Below are positions 1-9,716 of a stretch of DNA of 64,000 bases, one piece after another (the first letter of the stretch is position 1; every line of letters starts with the position of its first letter). A program made the position numbers and the translations under genes. Source of the stretch: Candidatus Woesearchaeota archaeon (GTDB taxonomy: Archaea; Nanobdellota; Nanobdellia; Woesearchaeales; 0-14-0-80-44-23). The notes under the pieces are model-generated. The model ran no database searches. It was not told where the DNA came from and saw only the letters and a list, made by a program, of their open reading frames with translations. The DNA is taken from assembly GCA_038874135.1 (NCBI GenBank), contig JAVZCZ010000001.1, positions 160,001-224,000 on the forward strand, given 5' to 3'.

Positions 1-166
1 CCTCAGCTGAGTAGCACGGTCCGCATCCAACATCCAGAAGAGTTTCTCCCGGCTTGGGACTTATCATGCTTGAGATTATTCTGAACTTTCTGAGCTGCTC
101 CTCTCTGTGAAGTTCAGGATAAGCTTCTGCAATTATGTCATAGTAGCTTTCAGGCTTTTCAAGCAT
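1..166 (-). CDS. class I SAM-dependent methyltransferase (N-terminal part; runs off window edge)
   Basis: Manual translation from ATG at 166: MLEKPESYYDIIAEAYPELHREEQLRKFRIISSMISPKPGETLLDVGCGPCYSAE; LLDVGCG is SAM-binding motif I. Confidence 0.8.
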   Translation of the reverse strand, partial: MLEKPESYYDIIAEAYPELHREEQLRKFRIISSMISPKPGETLLDVGCGPCYSAE

Positions 167-167
167 T

Positions 168-728
168 TCAGATTGCCCTCCCAAGAAAGAGAATTACGAA
201 TATTCCTGAAGTGTTCAGAACATAAGAGATTGCTGAGAATGTCCTTCCTGAAACCTCGCTGGCTGAAGCCAGAAGTGCCACGCCAATCTCGTCAGGAAGT
301 GGAGAAGCTATTATTATTCCCGCAAGGATGGGCACTAAGAACTTTCTCGCCCAGGTCGGAACCCTGCTGATTATGTACTTTATTATCGCTTCATCCTTAA
401 ACTTTTTAATCTCATCATCCAAAGTGTCTCTAACCAGGTAGAATATCAATAGGTCTCCTATTAGAGAACCCGCCCCTGCTATCAGCCCGGCAATTATGAT
501 GTTCTGGCTCTTTGAGAGCAGCAGCAAGATTGCGGTAGCAGGAGCTGCTGTAAACCCATATGTGAATCCCATGCCAGCAATAAAAGTTCCGAGATAGCCT
601 ACGCTCACAATTAAATTATGCACTTGAGGATTCATCCCACCTTTGAAGATTACATAAGCAAGGACGAATGTTAAGAGTAGAAGTGTTAGCTTAGGATATT
701 TTATCCTAAACCTTATGAATTCGCTCAT
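168..728 (-). CDS. multi-pass membrane protein (DedA/VTT-like)
   Basis: 186 aa, several hydrophobic helices, 'GSLIGDLLIFYLVR' and 'SPLPDE' resemble DedA-type motifs. Confidence 0.55.
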   Translation of the reverse strand: MSEFIRFRIKYPKLTLLLLTFVLAYVIFKGGMNPQVHNLIVSVGYLGTFIAGMGFTYGFTAAPATAILLLLSKSQNIIIAGLIAGAGSLIGDLLIFYLVRDTLDDEIKKFKDEAIIKYIISRVPTWARKFLVPILAGIIIASPLPDEIGVALLASASEVSGRTFSAISYVLNTSGIFVILFLGRAI

Positions 729-807
729 GAAATTTTAAGTTTATAGTGTTCTTTAAAAATTTTTTTGATTGAAAAGCTTATAAACTTGTGCGGTACACCT
801 TCAAAGG

Positions 808-2115
808 ATGGAACAACCAACATTTTACCTGGAAAGCTACGGGTGTTCTGCCAATACGGCAAATGCAGAGATGATCTCAGGAATTCTGGAAAGTGCTGGA
901 ATGCTCAGAGTGAGCAGTCCTGAGCACGCCTCTGTTATAATAATAAACACCTGCATAGTTAAGGCTCCAACAGAGCACAAGATGCAGAGGAGAATAAGTG
1001 AGATTTTAGCTCAGTTTCCTGAAAAAAAGCTAATAATTTCCGGCTGCATGCCCGATGCTGAAGGCAAAACTTTGAAGAAGATTGCTCCAAAAGCAATCCT
1101 GCTCGGAAGCCATCATGTGAAAAAGGTTTTAGAAGCTTTAACCAGAGGAAGAAGCTTCACAGGATACTCAGAAGAGGTAAAGCTGGGCCTTCCCAGGCAT
1201 CTTAGCAATCCTGCAATCTGCATAGTGCCGATTTCAGAAGGCTGTCTTGGAAACTGCTCGTACTGCATAGTTAAGCTTGCAAAGGGAAAGCTGCACTCCT
1301 ACCCGGTTAATGAGATTGTTAAAGAGGTAAAAAGTGGCCTCAGGGCTGGAGCGAGGGAGATCTGGATAACCTCGCAGGACAACCCAGCATACGGCAGAGA
1401 TCTAGCTGAGAAGAGTCAGCTTCCAATGCTCTTAGAAGAGGTTACATCAATTAGGGGAAAGTTCTGGGTGAGGGTTGGGATGATGAATCCTGACGGGATA
1501 CTTCCAGTGCTGGACAGCCTGATTTTAAGGTTTAGGTCTGAGAAGGTTTTCAAGTTCATACACATACCAGTCCAGTCGGGGAATGACGAAATTCTTAGAA
1601 GGATGAGACGCCGCTACTCTGTTGAGGACTTTAAGCACATAATTACAGAATTCAGAAGAAAGATTCCCAGGATAACAATATCAACAGACATAATCTGCGG
1701 CTTTCCCGGAGAGACAGAAGAGCAGTTTGAGGATTCCATAAACCTCATCAAGTGGCTTAGACCAGATGTCCTGAACATTTCAAGATTCTGGCCCATGCCG
1801 GGAACTGAAGCTGCTTCAATGAAAAACATTTTGAACGGCAACATCACTAAGCACAGGTCCCAAAAGCTTTCACGCATATTTGAAGGCATAGCCCTGGAAA
1901 AGAACAAGGCAGAGATTGGTTCTGAGTGCCCGGTCCTTGTGGATGAGCACATAAAAGAGAACCTCTATGTTGCGAGAACAGAATTTTACAAGCCAGTGTC
2001 TCTAAGGATTGACCGCAGAATGTTGGGACAGAAGAAAGTGTTGGGCAGCTTTGCAAGGGCCAGGATTACTGGAGCAACTTCTAACTCCCTGATTGGGGAG
2101 CTTGTTGAATATTAA
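808..2115 (+). CDS. t6A37 tRNA methylthiotransferase (archaeal MtaB/CDKAL1-like, radical SAM)
   Basis: UPF0004 N-terminus (YGCSAN, NTC, GC), CxxxCxxC 'CLGNCSYC', 'GFPGET', C-terminal TRAM-like region. Confidence 0.9.
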   Translation: MEQPTFYLESYGCSANTANAEMISGILESAGMLRVSSPEHASVIIINTCIVKAPTEHKMQRRISEILAQFPEKKLIISGCMPDAEGKTLKKIAPKAILLGSHHVKKVLEALTRGRSFTGYSEEVKLGLPRHLSNPAICIVPISEGCLGNCSYCIVKLAKGKLHSYPVNEIVKEVKSGLRAGAREIWITSQDNPAYGRDLAEKSQLPMLLEEVTSIRGKFWVRVGMMNPDGILPVLDSLILRFRSEKVFKFIHIPVQSGNDEILRRMRRRYSVEDFKHIITEFRRKIPRITISTDIICGFPGETEEQFEDSINLIKWLRPDVLNISRFWPMPGTEAASMKNILNGNITKHRSQKLSRIFEGIALEKNKAEIGSECPVLVDEHIKENLYVARTEFYKPVSLRIDRRMLGQKKVLGSFARARITGATSNSLIGELVEY

Positions 2116-2150
2116 GGATGGAAAGAGAATAGTAAATAAGAATAAGTAAC

Positions 2151-2480
2151 TCAGCTGAAAAGTTCAGCTATCATCTCATCCAGCTGTTTCTCCTCATCGC
2201 TCAGCGTTTTCATGTAGGGGAACAGTGCAACTATCAGGATTAACAGTCCCAACAAGACCATAAGGTTTAGGAAGGACTGGTTTATGTACCTATTCACAAA
2301 CCCTATGACTCCAGCCATTATGAATACGAAGTACATCATTATCCCCATGGCTAGCACCAGGGTTGCCCTGTTCCTTCTAAGCTTTGAAAGTTCAAGCTCA
2401 ATCATTATGGCTTCCTTCTCTGCATCAGAAATCTTACGCATGGCCAATGTTTTTATGCTCCGCCTAATCATTTTCCTCAC
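2151..2480 (-). CDS. small two-TM membrane protein, co-oriented with KaiC-like ATPase
   Basis: 109 aa, two hydrophobic segments; 4-nt overlap with upstream gene. Confidence 0.6.
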   Translation of the reverse strand: MRKMIRRSIKTLAMRKISDAEKEAIMIELELSKLRRNRATLVLAMGIMMYFVFIMAGVIGFVNRYINQSFLNLMVLLGLLILIVALFPYMKTLSDEEKQLDEMIAELFS

Positions 2481-3220
2481 CTGTACCTCTGCTCCTTTGA
2501 GAGCACAACTATCCCGGTATTTGTTATCTTAAAGGGTATCACGCCCTTCTCGTGATCCGTCCTACGCATCTTTATTATCCTGAGAGCCCTGTCGTTAGCT
2601 CCTCCAAGCCCAGCATAGTAGAGCGAAATCACACTGTCTGAGACGAACTCTTCAACTCCGAATCTTGAAAACGCGCTTCCTGAGTTTAGAGACGGCTCGC
2701 CCACTATCTCAGAAGTCAGCACTGAAGTGCACCTTAGCCTTTTAAGCTGCGCTGCGAATGAGTAGAGCTGCTTTCTCACCTCATACTCGTCCTCAAGTGC
2801 CATCCCGAAAACGCTTGTAGAATCAATCACTACCCTCTGAGCCCTGGTCTTTGTTATCTCCGAGATGAGCTGAGTTTGAAAGTCAGAAAGATCGTAAGGG
2901 TAGAAATAAACAAACTTGACCTTGCCTTCCGATTCATACTTCTCAAAATCCCAGCCGAAAGCCTTGGCATCTTCCTTAAGATCGGTCAAGTCCTCCTCCA
3001 TAGAGATGAAGAGTCCTATCTCGCCGCGCTTGATACCCTCATACAAGAACTGCATTGCAAATATTGTCTTACCAGTGCCTGCTCCTCCAGAAATGAGATT
3101 TACAGAGCCTCTGATGAAGCCGCCGCCCGTAATGGCATCCAGCCCCGGAATTCCCGTGCTCACCCTGGAAGAGTCCTTAGCCATCTTAGAACTAGTTGAA
3201 ACTGCCCTTTGCATTTCCAC
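2477..3220 (-). CDS. KaiC-like / RAD55 RecA-superfamily ATPase (single domain)
   Basis: 'STGIPGLD', Walker A GGAGTGKT, 'EE', Walker B 'RVVIDS', 'IIKMRRT'. Confidence 0.9.
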   Translation of the reverse strand: MEMQRAVSTSSKMAKDSSRVSTGIPGLDAITGGGFIRGSVNLISGGAGTGKTIFAMQFLYEGIKRGEIGLFISMEEDLTDLKEDAKAFGWDFEKYESEGKVKFVYFYPYDLSDFQTQLISEITKTRAQRVVIDSTSVFGMALEDEYEVRKQLYSFAAQLKRLRCTSVLTSEIVGEPSLNSGSAFSRFGVEEFVSDSVISLYYAGLGGANDRALRIIKMRRTDHEKGVIPFKITNTGIVVLSKEQRYR

Positions 3221-3270
3221 ACCTCTTTTTTGAATGGCTTGCGCCTCTTACAATTTAATAAAGGCAGTAT

Positions 3271-3702
3271 TTAAATTTTTGCATCTGAGAACAAATCCTT
3301 AATGTGCCTGAGAAGAAAAGCCCTGTCCTGAGGCCAGTTCAGCTTCTCAATAGCTTCAGAAGCCGTTGCCCAGTGCGGGTCCGAATTTTCAGGATCCTTA
3401 GACTTTAAATCTTCCTTCTCACACCTGAAGGCAAACATGTGAATTCTCTTTCTCCTCCCTGAAAAACCGTCAGGCCTAACATATGAGCCGAGCTCTTTAA
3501 CCAGCTTGAGGTCCTTCCTCTCAATGCCTGTTTCCTCCTCAATCTCACGATAGGCCGCTTCCAGAGGGCTTTCACCACTTCTAATATGACCCTTGGGCAG
3601 GGAGAACCTTCCTGAGAGGTTTCTAACCAGGGCTATTCTACCCCTATTTATTATTACTCCACCAGCACTCTCCTCTTCAAACACTTCGCTTGCCATCTTC
3701 AA
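3271..3702 (-). CDS. NUDIX hydrolase (Ap4A hydrolase-like)
   Basis: Nudix box 'PKGHIRSGESPLEAAYREIEEETG'. Confidence 0.9.
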   Translation of the reverse strand: MKMASEVFEEESAGGVIINRGRIALVRNLSGRFSLPKGHIRSGESPLEAAYREIEEETGIERKDLKLVKELGSYVRPDGFSGRRKRIHMFAFRCEKEDLKSKDPENSDPHWATASEAIEKLNWPQDRAFLLRHIKDLFSDAKI

Positions 3703-3759
3703 ACTGAATTAGAAAAAGTCCTATTTAAATATTTTATGCCGCGCCTAAAAAGAAGTTTT

Positions 3760-4545
3760 TCAAACTCTCAACTCTTCAAGAATCCTCTTCATCTTCAGAG
3801 AGTCCTGCCAGGTTATGGGACTTTCAGAAATTATGGTAATGCTAACCCCGCTCTTCAAAACTGCTAAGAGCAGCTTACGAATCTCCTCCTCAGACATCAC
3901 CTTATGGTATCTCTCACCCTTAGAAGAGTATTCTATTCCTGAGAAGTGACTGTGAATGTTAGGCATTCCGACTAGCTTCTTAAGAACCTCATCATAATCT
4001 ACACTTCCATTTCTGGCAAGTATGTGAGCGAAGTCAACGCAGAAGGAGCAGCCGGTTTCCCTTCTAAGTCTTAAAAGCTCTTCAAGAGTTCCAAACTGGG
4101 AAGGCTTTCCCGTTGTTTCCGGAGCCAGCTCAGTCCTCCAGCCGTTCTCCTTCAGAGCGTCCTGCATAATATTAATCTCATCTTTAACAATCTCGTAACA
4201 CCGCTCAGCCCCAAGCCTGCCGTAGTATGCAGCGTGAAACACAACTGGCGAGGCTCCCATGAGAGAAGCAAGCTCTGCACTCCTGAGAATGCGCTCCCGA
4301 GAAGCCCTCGCCTTCTGTTTGTCCTCAGAAGCAAGATTTATGAAATATGGAGCGTGCACACTCAACCTGACACCAGTCTGCTTGGCAGCCTCAAAAATTT
4401 TAACAGCAGTCTCCCTCTGCATCTTAATACCGTGAGTGAACTCAACCTCCAAAGCAGAGAGGCCCATCCTCGCAACTGAGAAGACGCCATCCACAGTGGA
4501 AGCCTCAGGACTCCCAGCAGGGCCTAAGAGTATCCTGCCAGTCAT
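3760..4545 (-). CDS. nfo: endonuclease IV (AP endonuclease family 2)
   Basis: 'HAPYFINL', 'ETTGKPSQFG', 'DFAH', 'HSHFSGI' motifs. Confidence 0.9.
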   Translation of the reverse strand: MTGRILLGPAGSPEASTVDGVFSVARMGLSALEVEFTHGIKMQRETAVKIFEAAKQTGVRLSVHAPYFINLASEDKQKARASRERILRSAELASLMGASPVVFHAAYYGRLGAERCYEIVKDEINIMQDALKENGWRTELAPETTGKPSQFGTLEELLRLRRETGCSFCVDFAHILARNGSVDYDEVLKKLVGMPNIHSHFSGIEYSSKGERYHKVMSEEEIRKLLLAVLKSGVSITIISESPITWQDSLKMKRILEELRV

Positions 4546-5756
4546 AATTCCTCCACACTCACATTTCTCCTAACCAGGTGAGCCCTCGTAAACCCTTCCA
4601 GATAATGCTCAGCCAGCTTTGCCGAGATTATGCTCAGAATCACAACTATGAGGAAAACTGAAAGCATCTCGCGCATTCCGGGCATGGGATAAAATGAGAG
4701 CGCCAGCACAAGAGCCGCAGTAGCAGCCCCCTTCCTAAGCGAGAGCGCCACAAAAAGCTTCTCCCAGAAGTTCAAACCCTTAAGAGTAAGCTCAGCAGAG
4801 AGCAGCCTGACAGCAGCAACTATCAGAAATATTAAGAGAGACCTTAAAAGCAGGGAAATTGAGAATGAAACACTCCAAACTGAAAGCCCTGCAAGCAGAA
4901 AAACAACAAGCCTAATCGGAGTCTCCAGCTGGCTCATAAACTCAACAATGTGACCCTTACCCTTAACATAAACTAAAGAGAATATCAGAGCATAAACCAC
5001 CACGGCAACAATCCCGCTGCTGTTAATCCCCTGAGCAACAAAGTATGAAAGCAAAAGCCCAAGCAGGAGAACAGCAGGCGACAACAGTGGAGAGTACCGC
5101 TTCTTAAGAGCCTTAACAAAGATTATGCCGAAGAGTATAGCGCAGGAAGCCCCAATAGCCAGCTGCTGAAACACAAAAAAGAGATAAGCAGCCAGCCTTC
5201 CAGAATTAACAACACTTCCCAAAATGCTCCTCATCTCCAAAACTAGAAGGGGAAGCAGCATGAGAAATGGAGTGACAAGCACAGACTCACAAGAGAGAAC
5301 AGCAGAAGACAAGCTCCGCTCACGCCTAAAAAGCCTAGTAGCAAACTCCGAAGCGGTCTGAACAGAAAGCACAGAAAAAATCAGAGCAGCAAAAAAGTCA
5401 AAACCGAAAAGCAACACTGAAAAAGAAGAAACCACAAGTAGGCTCAAAACCAGAAAGAGAATGGAAAACCTCAAAACGCCACCCGAAAGGGAATCTCCCT
5501 CGCGAAGCTTAACAAGAAAAGCCGACTGAAAAAGAACCACAATAAAAGAGAGAGTGGCCACCGCCTCAGCAGCCGCCCTAGGAAAACTAACAACGCGAAC
5601 CCCCCCGTAAGAAAGCATAGAAAGAAATATTCCGAAAAGTATGAGAACAACCGCCCTTGGAAACCCCAAACGCCTACCAAGAGAGGCCCCTGCAGCAGCA
5701 GCCAAGCCGACAAGCAGAACACTCAAAACGTAGTAATACTCAATCAGCCAAACCAC
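4542..5756 (-). CDS. cation:proton antiporter-like membrane protein (CPA1/NhaP-like, divergent)
   Basis: 404 aa, ~12 TM; 'ESVL..P', 'SGIVAVV', 'KGAATAAL' resemble NhaP motifs. Confidence 0.65.
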   Translation of the reverse strand: MVWLIEYYYVLSVLLVGLAAAAGASLGRRLGFPRAVVLILFGIFLSMLSYGGVRVVSFPRAAAEAVATLSFIVVLFQSAFLVKLREGDSLSGGVLRFSILFLVLSLLVVSSFSVLLFGFDFFAALIFSVLSVQTASEFATRLFRRERSLSSAVLSCESVLVTPFLMLLPLLVLEMRSILGSVVNSGRLAAYLFFVFQQLAIGASCAILFGIIFVKALKKRYSPLLSPAVLLLGLLLSYFVAQGINSSGIVAVVVYALIFSLVYVKGKGHIVEFMSQLETPIRLVVFLLAGLSVWSVSFSISLLLRSLLIFLIVAAVRLLSAELTLKGLNFWEKLFVALSLRKGAATAALVLALSFYPMPGMREMLSVFLIVVILSIISAKLAEHYLEGFTRAHLVRRNVSVEEL

Positions 5757-5865
5757 CCCTCTAACTGAAAGTTTCCAAAATCAAAATAAAACTTCAAGTA
5801 TTTAAAAGTATTGCGAAAATAAGAAAAACTTAAAAGCTAACCAAAAAATACTACAACCGGCAAAA

Positions 5866-7488
5866 ATGAGAGCGAAAGACTACTCAACCTGGACAAAAGA
5901 AGAGTTAATAAAAGAATTAGAGAAGTTCAAGAAGCAAAAGAAATACGGCATTGTTTGGGAAGACAAACCTGAACAAGTAGCATTAATGTGCAAGGAAAAG
6001 CTTCCCGTTCTCACAGAAGTCAAGGACAAAGAGATAATCACAGACCCTAACAAGCCAACAAACATACTAATTGAAGGAGACAACTACCACGCTCTTTCCG
6101 TATTGAATTACACCCACAAAGGAAAAATAGATGTCATCTACATTGACCCGCCGTACAATACAGGAAATGAAGGATTTATGTATAATGACAAGATAGTTGA
6201 TAAAGAAGACGCTTATAGACACTCAAAATGGCTCTCATTTATGGAAAAAAGACTTCGCCTGGCCAGAAACCTCTTGAGCGATAAAGGAGTTATCTTTATT
6301 TCTATTGATGATAATGAGGTAGCACAATTAAAGCTTTTATGTGATGAGATTTTTGGAGAGGAGAATTGCATAGGGATATTTGTTTGGAGAAAAAAAGCAG
6401 GAGCAGGAGCAGATTCAAAATTATTGTTTACTCAACACGAATATATCTTATTTTATTCGAAAAATATTAAGAATTTAGATAGATTTTTTGAACCTCTTAC
6501 AGAAAAACAAAAATCCGAATATAAAAATCCAGACAATGACCCACGGGGATTATGGGCTCCTACTGATTTGACTGCTCCTTCTTCGGATACAGATAATTCA
6601 AGATTATATGAGGTTGTGAGTCCAACAGGTAAAAAATGGTTAAGAAGATGGTCCTATACAAAAGAAAATATGAGAAAATTAATAGAACAAAATTTAGTTT
6701 GGTTTGGGAAAGATGGAAATGCGATGCCAAAAAGAAAGAGGTTTCTTTCTGAAAAACAAGGACTGGTTCCAAGGTCGTGGATTGATTTTGTTTTAACATC
6801 TGATGGTAAAAAGGATTTCGAGGATATTTTTGGAAAAGATAATCGATTATTTGAGTATCCCAAACCAACTTTATTAATTAAACATTTAATAAGAATCCCA
6901 AGCAAAAAGAATTCTATTATCCTTGACTTCTTTGCTGGCTCTGGTACCACAGGCCACGCTGTTTTAGAATTAAATAAAGAAGATGGCGGAAATAGGAAGT
7001 TTATTTTATGCACTAACAACGAAAACAACATATGCACAGATGTATGTTATCCGAGAATTGAGAAAGTAATTAAAGGATATAAGAATCTTAAAGGCGAAAA
7101 GGTTGAAGGTTTAGGCGGTAATTTAAAATATTTCAAAACTGACTTTGTAGATGCTAAACCAACAGATAAAAACAAGAAAAAATTAGTTGATGAATCTACA
7201 GAAATGCTTTGCTTGAAGGAAGATTGCTTTGATTTTGTTTTAGAAGGCCGTAACTTTAAGATTTTCAAGAACAACGAAGACAAGTACTTAGGCATAATTT
7301 ACGATGATGACGGAATTGAGCCGTTCAAGAAAGAAGCCAAAAAATTAAATAAGAAGTTTATTGTTTATGTTTTCTCTCTTGATGACAGCGCGCGAGAAGA
7401 AGAATTTGAAGATTTAGAAAATGTTGAGTTAAAGCCAATTCCAGCAGTTATACTTAATGTTTATAAAAGAATTTTTAGAGGGCTTTAA
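5866..7488 (+). CDS. mod: type III restriction-modification Mod subunit (N6-adenine DNA methyltransferase)
   Basis: 'IEGDN', 'IYIDPPYNTG', 'FISIDDNE', 'LDFFAGSGTT'. Confidence 0.92.
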   Translation: MRAKDYSTWTKEELIKELEKFKKQKKYGIVWEDKPEQVALMCKEKLPVLTEVKDKEIITDPNKPTNILIEGDNYHALSVLNYTHKGKIDVIYIDPPYNTGNEGFMYNDKIVDKEDAYRHSKWLSFMEKRLRLARNLLSDKGVIFISIDDNEVAQLKLLCDEIFGEENCIGIFVWRKKAGAGADSKLLFTQHEYILFYSKNIKNLDRFFEPLTEKQKSEYKNPDNDPRGLWAPTDLTAPSSDTDNSRLYEVVSPTGKKWLRRWSYTKENMRKLIEQNLVWFGKDGNAMPKRKRFLSEKQGLVPRSWIDFVLTSDGKKDFEDIFGKDNRLFEYPKPTLLIKHLIRIPSKKNSIILDFFAGSGTTGHAVLELNKEDGGNRKFILCTNNENNICTDVCYPRIEKVIKGYKNLKGEKVEGLGGNLKYFKTDFVDAKPTDKNKKKLVDESTEMLCLKEDCFDFVLEGRNFKIFKNNEDKYLGIIYDDDGIEPFKKEAKKLNKKFIVYVFSLDDSAREEEFEDLENVELKPIPAVILNVYKRIFRGL

Positions 7489-7489
7489 T

Positions 7490-9703
7490 ATGATAGAGTT
7501 AAGAGATTATCAAAAAAAGGCAATTCAAGGCCTTAAAGAAAAGGTTCAAAGAGTTTTAGAAAGCCCAGAGCAAGGAACTGTTGTTTTTCAAGCGCCAACA
7601 GGTTCAGGCAAAACCTTAATGGTTTCTGAAATGTTAAAGCAATTAGTGAAAGAAAATCCTGGAAGATTATCTTTTGTTTGGATTAGTGTGAGAATGTTGC
7701 ACGAGCAAAGCAAAGAGAAATTAGAAAAATATTATGAAGATGACAGATTAATTCAATGCTCTTATTTTGAAGATTTAGAAGATAGAAAAATAGGAGAAAA
7801 CGAGATTTTGTTCATAAATTGGCACAGCATAAACAAGAAAGATATTAATATTTATGTCAGAGAAAACGAGCAGGACAATAACTTAAACTCAATTATTCAA
7901 AACACAAAAGAAGAAGGAAGACAGATAATCTTAATTATAGATGAGAGCCATCACACAGCAAGCTCAGAGCGTTCAAGAGAATTAATTGAAGTTATTGGTC
8001 CGAAAGTAACGATTGAGGTTTCAGCCACTCCTCATTTAAAAGAAAATGTTTCTGAAATTGAAAAGGTATATTTAGCAGATGTAAAAGCAGAAGAGATGAT
8101 TAAATCAGAAATTGCTATTAATCCAGAGTTTATGAATTTGAAAGTAGATAAAGAAAGCCCGGATGAAATTGTTATTGGCCAAGCTTTAAAGAAAAGAGAA
8201 GAGTTGGCAAAACTTTACAAAAAAGAGGGAGCAAATGTTAATCCTCTAGTTTTGATTCAATTGCCAGACGAAAGAGAAGGTTTATTTAACAAAAAAGATG
8301 AGGTTTTAAGAATCTTAAAAGATAAATTCAATATTACAGAAGAAAATGGAAAACTAGCAGTGTGGCTTTCAGAAGAGAAAACAGACAATTTAGCAAATAT
8401 TGACAAGAATGATAATGAAGTAGAAGTTTTGGTTTTCAAGCAAGCAATTGCTTTAGGTTGGGATTGTCCAAGAGCGCAGATTCTAGTTATTTTTAGAGAA
8501 TCAAAAAGCTTTACTTTCACAATTCAGACAATTGGCAGAATAATGAGAATGCCAGAATTAAGGTATTATTCTAACGATGAATTAAACAAAGGTTTTATAT
8601 TTACCAATTTGGCAAATATTGAAATAGCAGAAGATTACGCAAAAGATTATTTGACAACTTATGAATCAAAAAGAGACAATTCAATATATAAGCCAATAGA
8701 ATTAGTTTCTGTTTATCTTAAAAGGCAGAGGGAAAGAACAAGATTAAGCGGAAAATTCGTTGATATCTTTTTAGAAGTTGCAGAAAAAAACAATCTTGCT
8801 AAAAGAATAGTAATTCAACCAGAAAAAATAACTATACCAATTATTGCAAATGGAAAAATTCTTGATGTTGATAAAAAGGGAGAAGTAGAACATAAAGGCC
8901 AGATAGAGATTAAACTTGATGACCTTGAATTACAAAAAATCTTTGACAAATTCATAACAGATAATTGTTCACCTTATGCTCCTGTTGATTCAAGCGACAG
9001 AATGAAAACAGCAATTTATAAATTCTTTAACCAAAAGTTCAAACTGGAAAAATATGACCCTAGAGTTCAAAGAATTGTTGTAGCAAAAGAAAACAGACAA
9101 TTATTTTCAAATATAATTGCAAAAGCAAAAGACGAATACAAAAAAGAAGTAGTTGATAAATTAAGCGAGACGAGAGAAAAGGAAATAACGGAAAAATGGG
9201 AAGTGCCCTTAATTGACTCTTATACAAAAAATGTCAAAGAAGAGATTCATCCAAAATCCATAATGAAACCCTTCTTTATAGCTAAAAAAAGCGAACCTGA
9301 AGAGATTTTCATGGCCTTGCTTGATTCTTCTGATAAAGTTGAATGGTGGTATAAAAACCGAGAAGGAGACAAGAAATATTTTGCCATTCCTTATATTAAA
9401 AATGGGAAAGAATGGGCTTTTTATGTTGATTTCATCGTGAAATTTAAAGATGGAAGAATTGGTTTGTTTGATACGAAAAGCGGAATGACGGCAAAAGATG
9501 CAAAAGCAAAAGCTGAAGCACTGCAAAGGTATATGAAGGAACAGAATGAGAAAGGTAAGAACCTTGTTGGCGGGATTATAACAGTTAAGAGGAGCAATAA
9601 TAAAGCAGCGATTGGGAATAATGATAAAGTTCTGTATTTAAATGATAGCGATGTTTATGAGTACGATGAAAACCTCTCCGGCTGGAAAGTTTTAGAGCTC
9701 TGA
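7490..9703 (+). CDS. res: type III restriction-modification Res subunit (SF2 helicase + PD-(D/E)XK nuclease)
   Basis: 'LRDYQ', 'APTGSGKT', 'DESH', 'SAT', 'QTIGRIMR', C-terminal 'VDFIV...FDTK'; start set at the ATG just after the mod stop. Confidence 0.9.
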   Translation: MIELRDYQKKAIQGLKEKVQRVLESPEQGTVVFQAPTGSGKTLMVSEMLKQLVKENPGRLSFVWISVRMLHEQSKEKLEKYYEDDRLIQCSYFEDLEDRKIGENEILFINWHSINKKDINIYVRENEQDNNLNSIIQNTKEEGRQIILIIDESHHTASSERSRELIEVIGPKVTIEVSATPHLKENVSEIEKVYLADVKAEEMIKSEIAINPEFMNLKVDKESPDEIVIGQALKKREELAKLYKKEGANVNPLVLIQLPDEREGLFNKKDEVLRILKDKFNITEENGKLAVWLSEEKTDNLANIDKNDNEVEVLVFKQAIALGWDCPRAQILVIFRESKSFTFTIQTIGRIMRMPELRYYSNDELNKGFIFTNLANIEIAEDYAKDYLTTYESKRDNSIYKPIELVSVYLKRQRERTRLSGKFVDIFLEVAEKNNLAKRIVIQPEKITIPIIANGKILDVDKKGEVEHKGQIEIKLDDLELQKIFDKFITDNCSPYAPVDSSDRMKTAIYKFFNQKFKLEKYDPRVQRIVVAKENRQLFSNIIAKAKDEYKKEVVDKLSETREKEITEKWEVPLIDSYTKNVKEEIHPKSIMKPFFIAKKSEPEEIFMALLDSSDKVEWWYKNREGDKKYFAIPYIKNGKEWAFYVDFIVKFKDGRIGLFDTKSGMTAKDAKAKAEALQRYMKEQNEKGKNLVGGIITVKRSNNKAAIGNNDKVLYLNDSDVYEYDENLSGWKVLEL

Positions 9704-9716
9704 GGAAATAAAATTT

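Noticed and set aside
2477-3220. Circadian clock interpretation of the KaiC-like gene
   Set aside because: Single-domain KaiC-like ATPases are common in archaea; no KaiA or KaiB present
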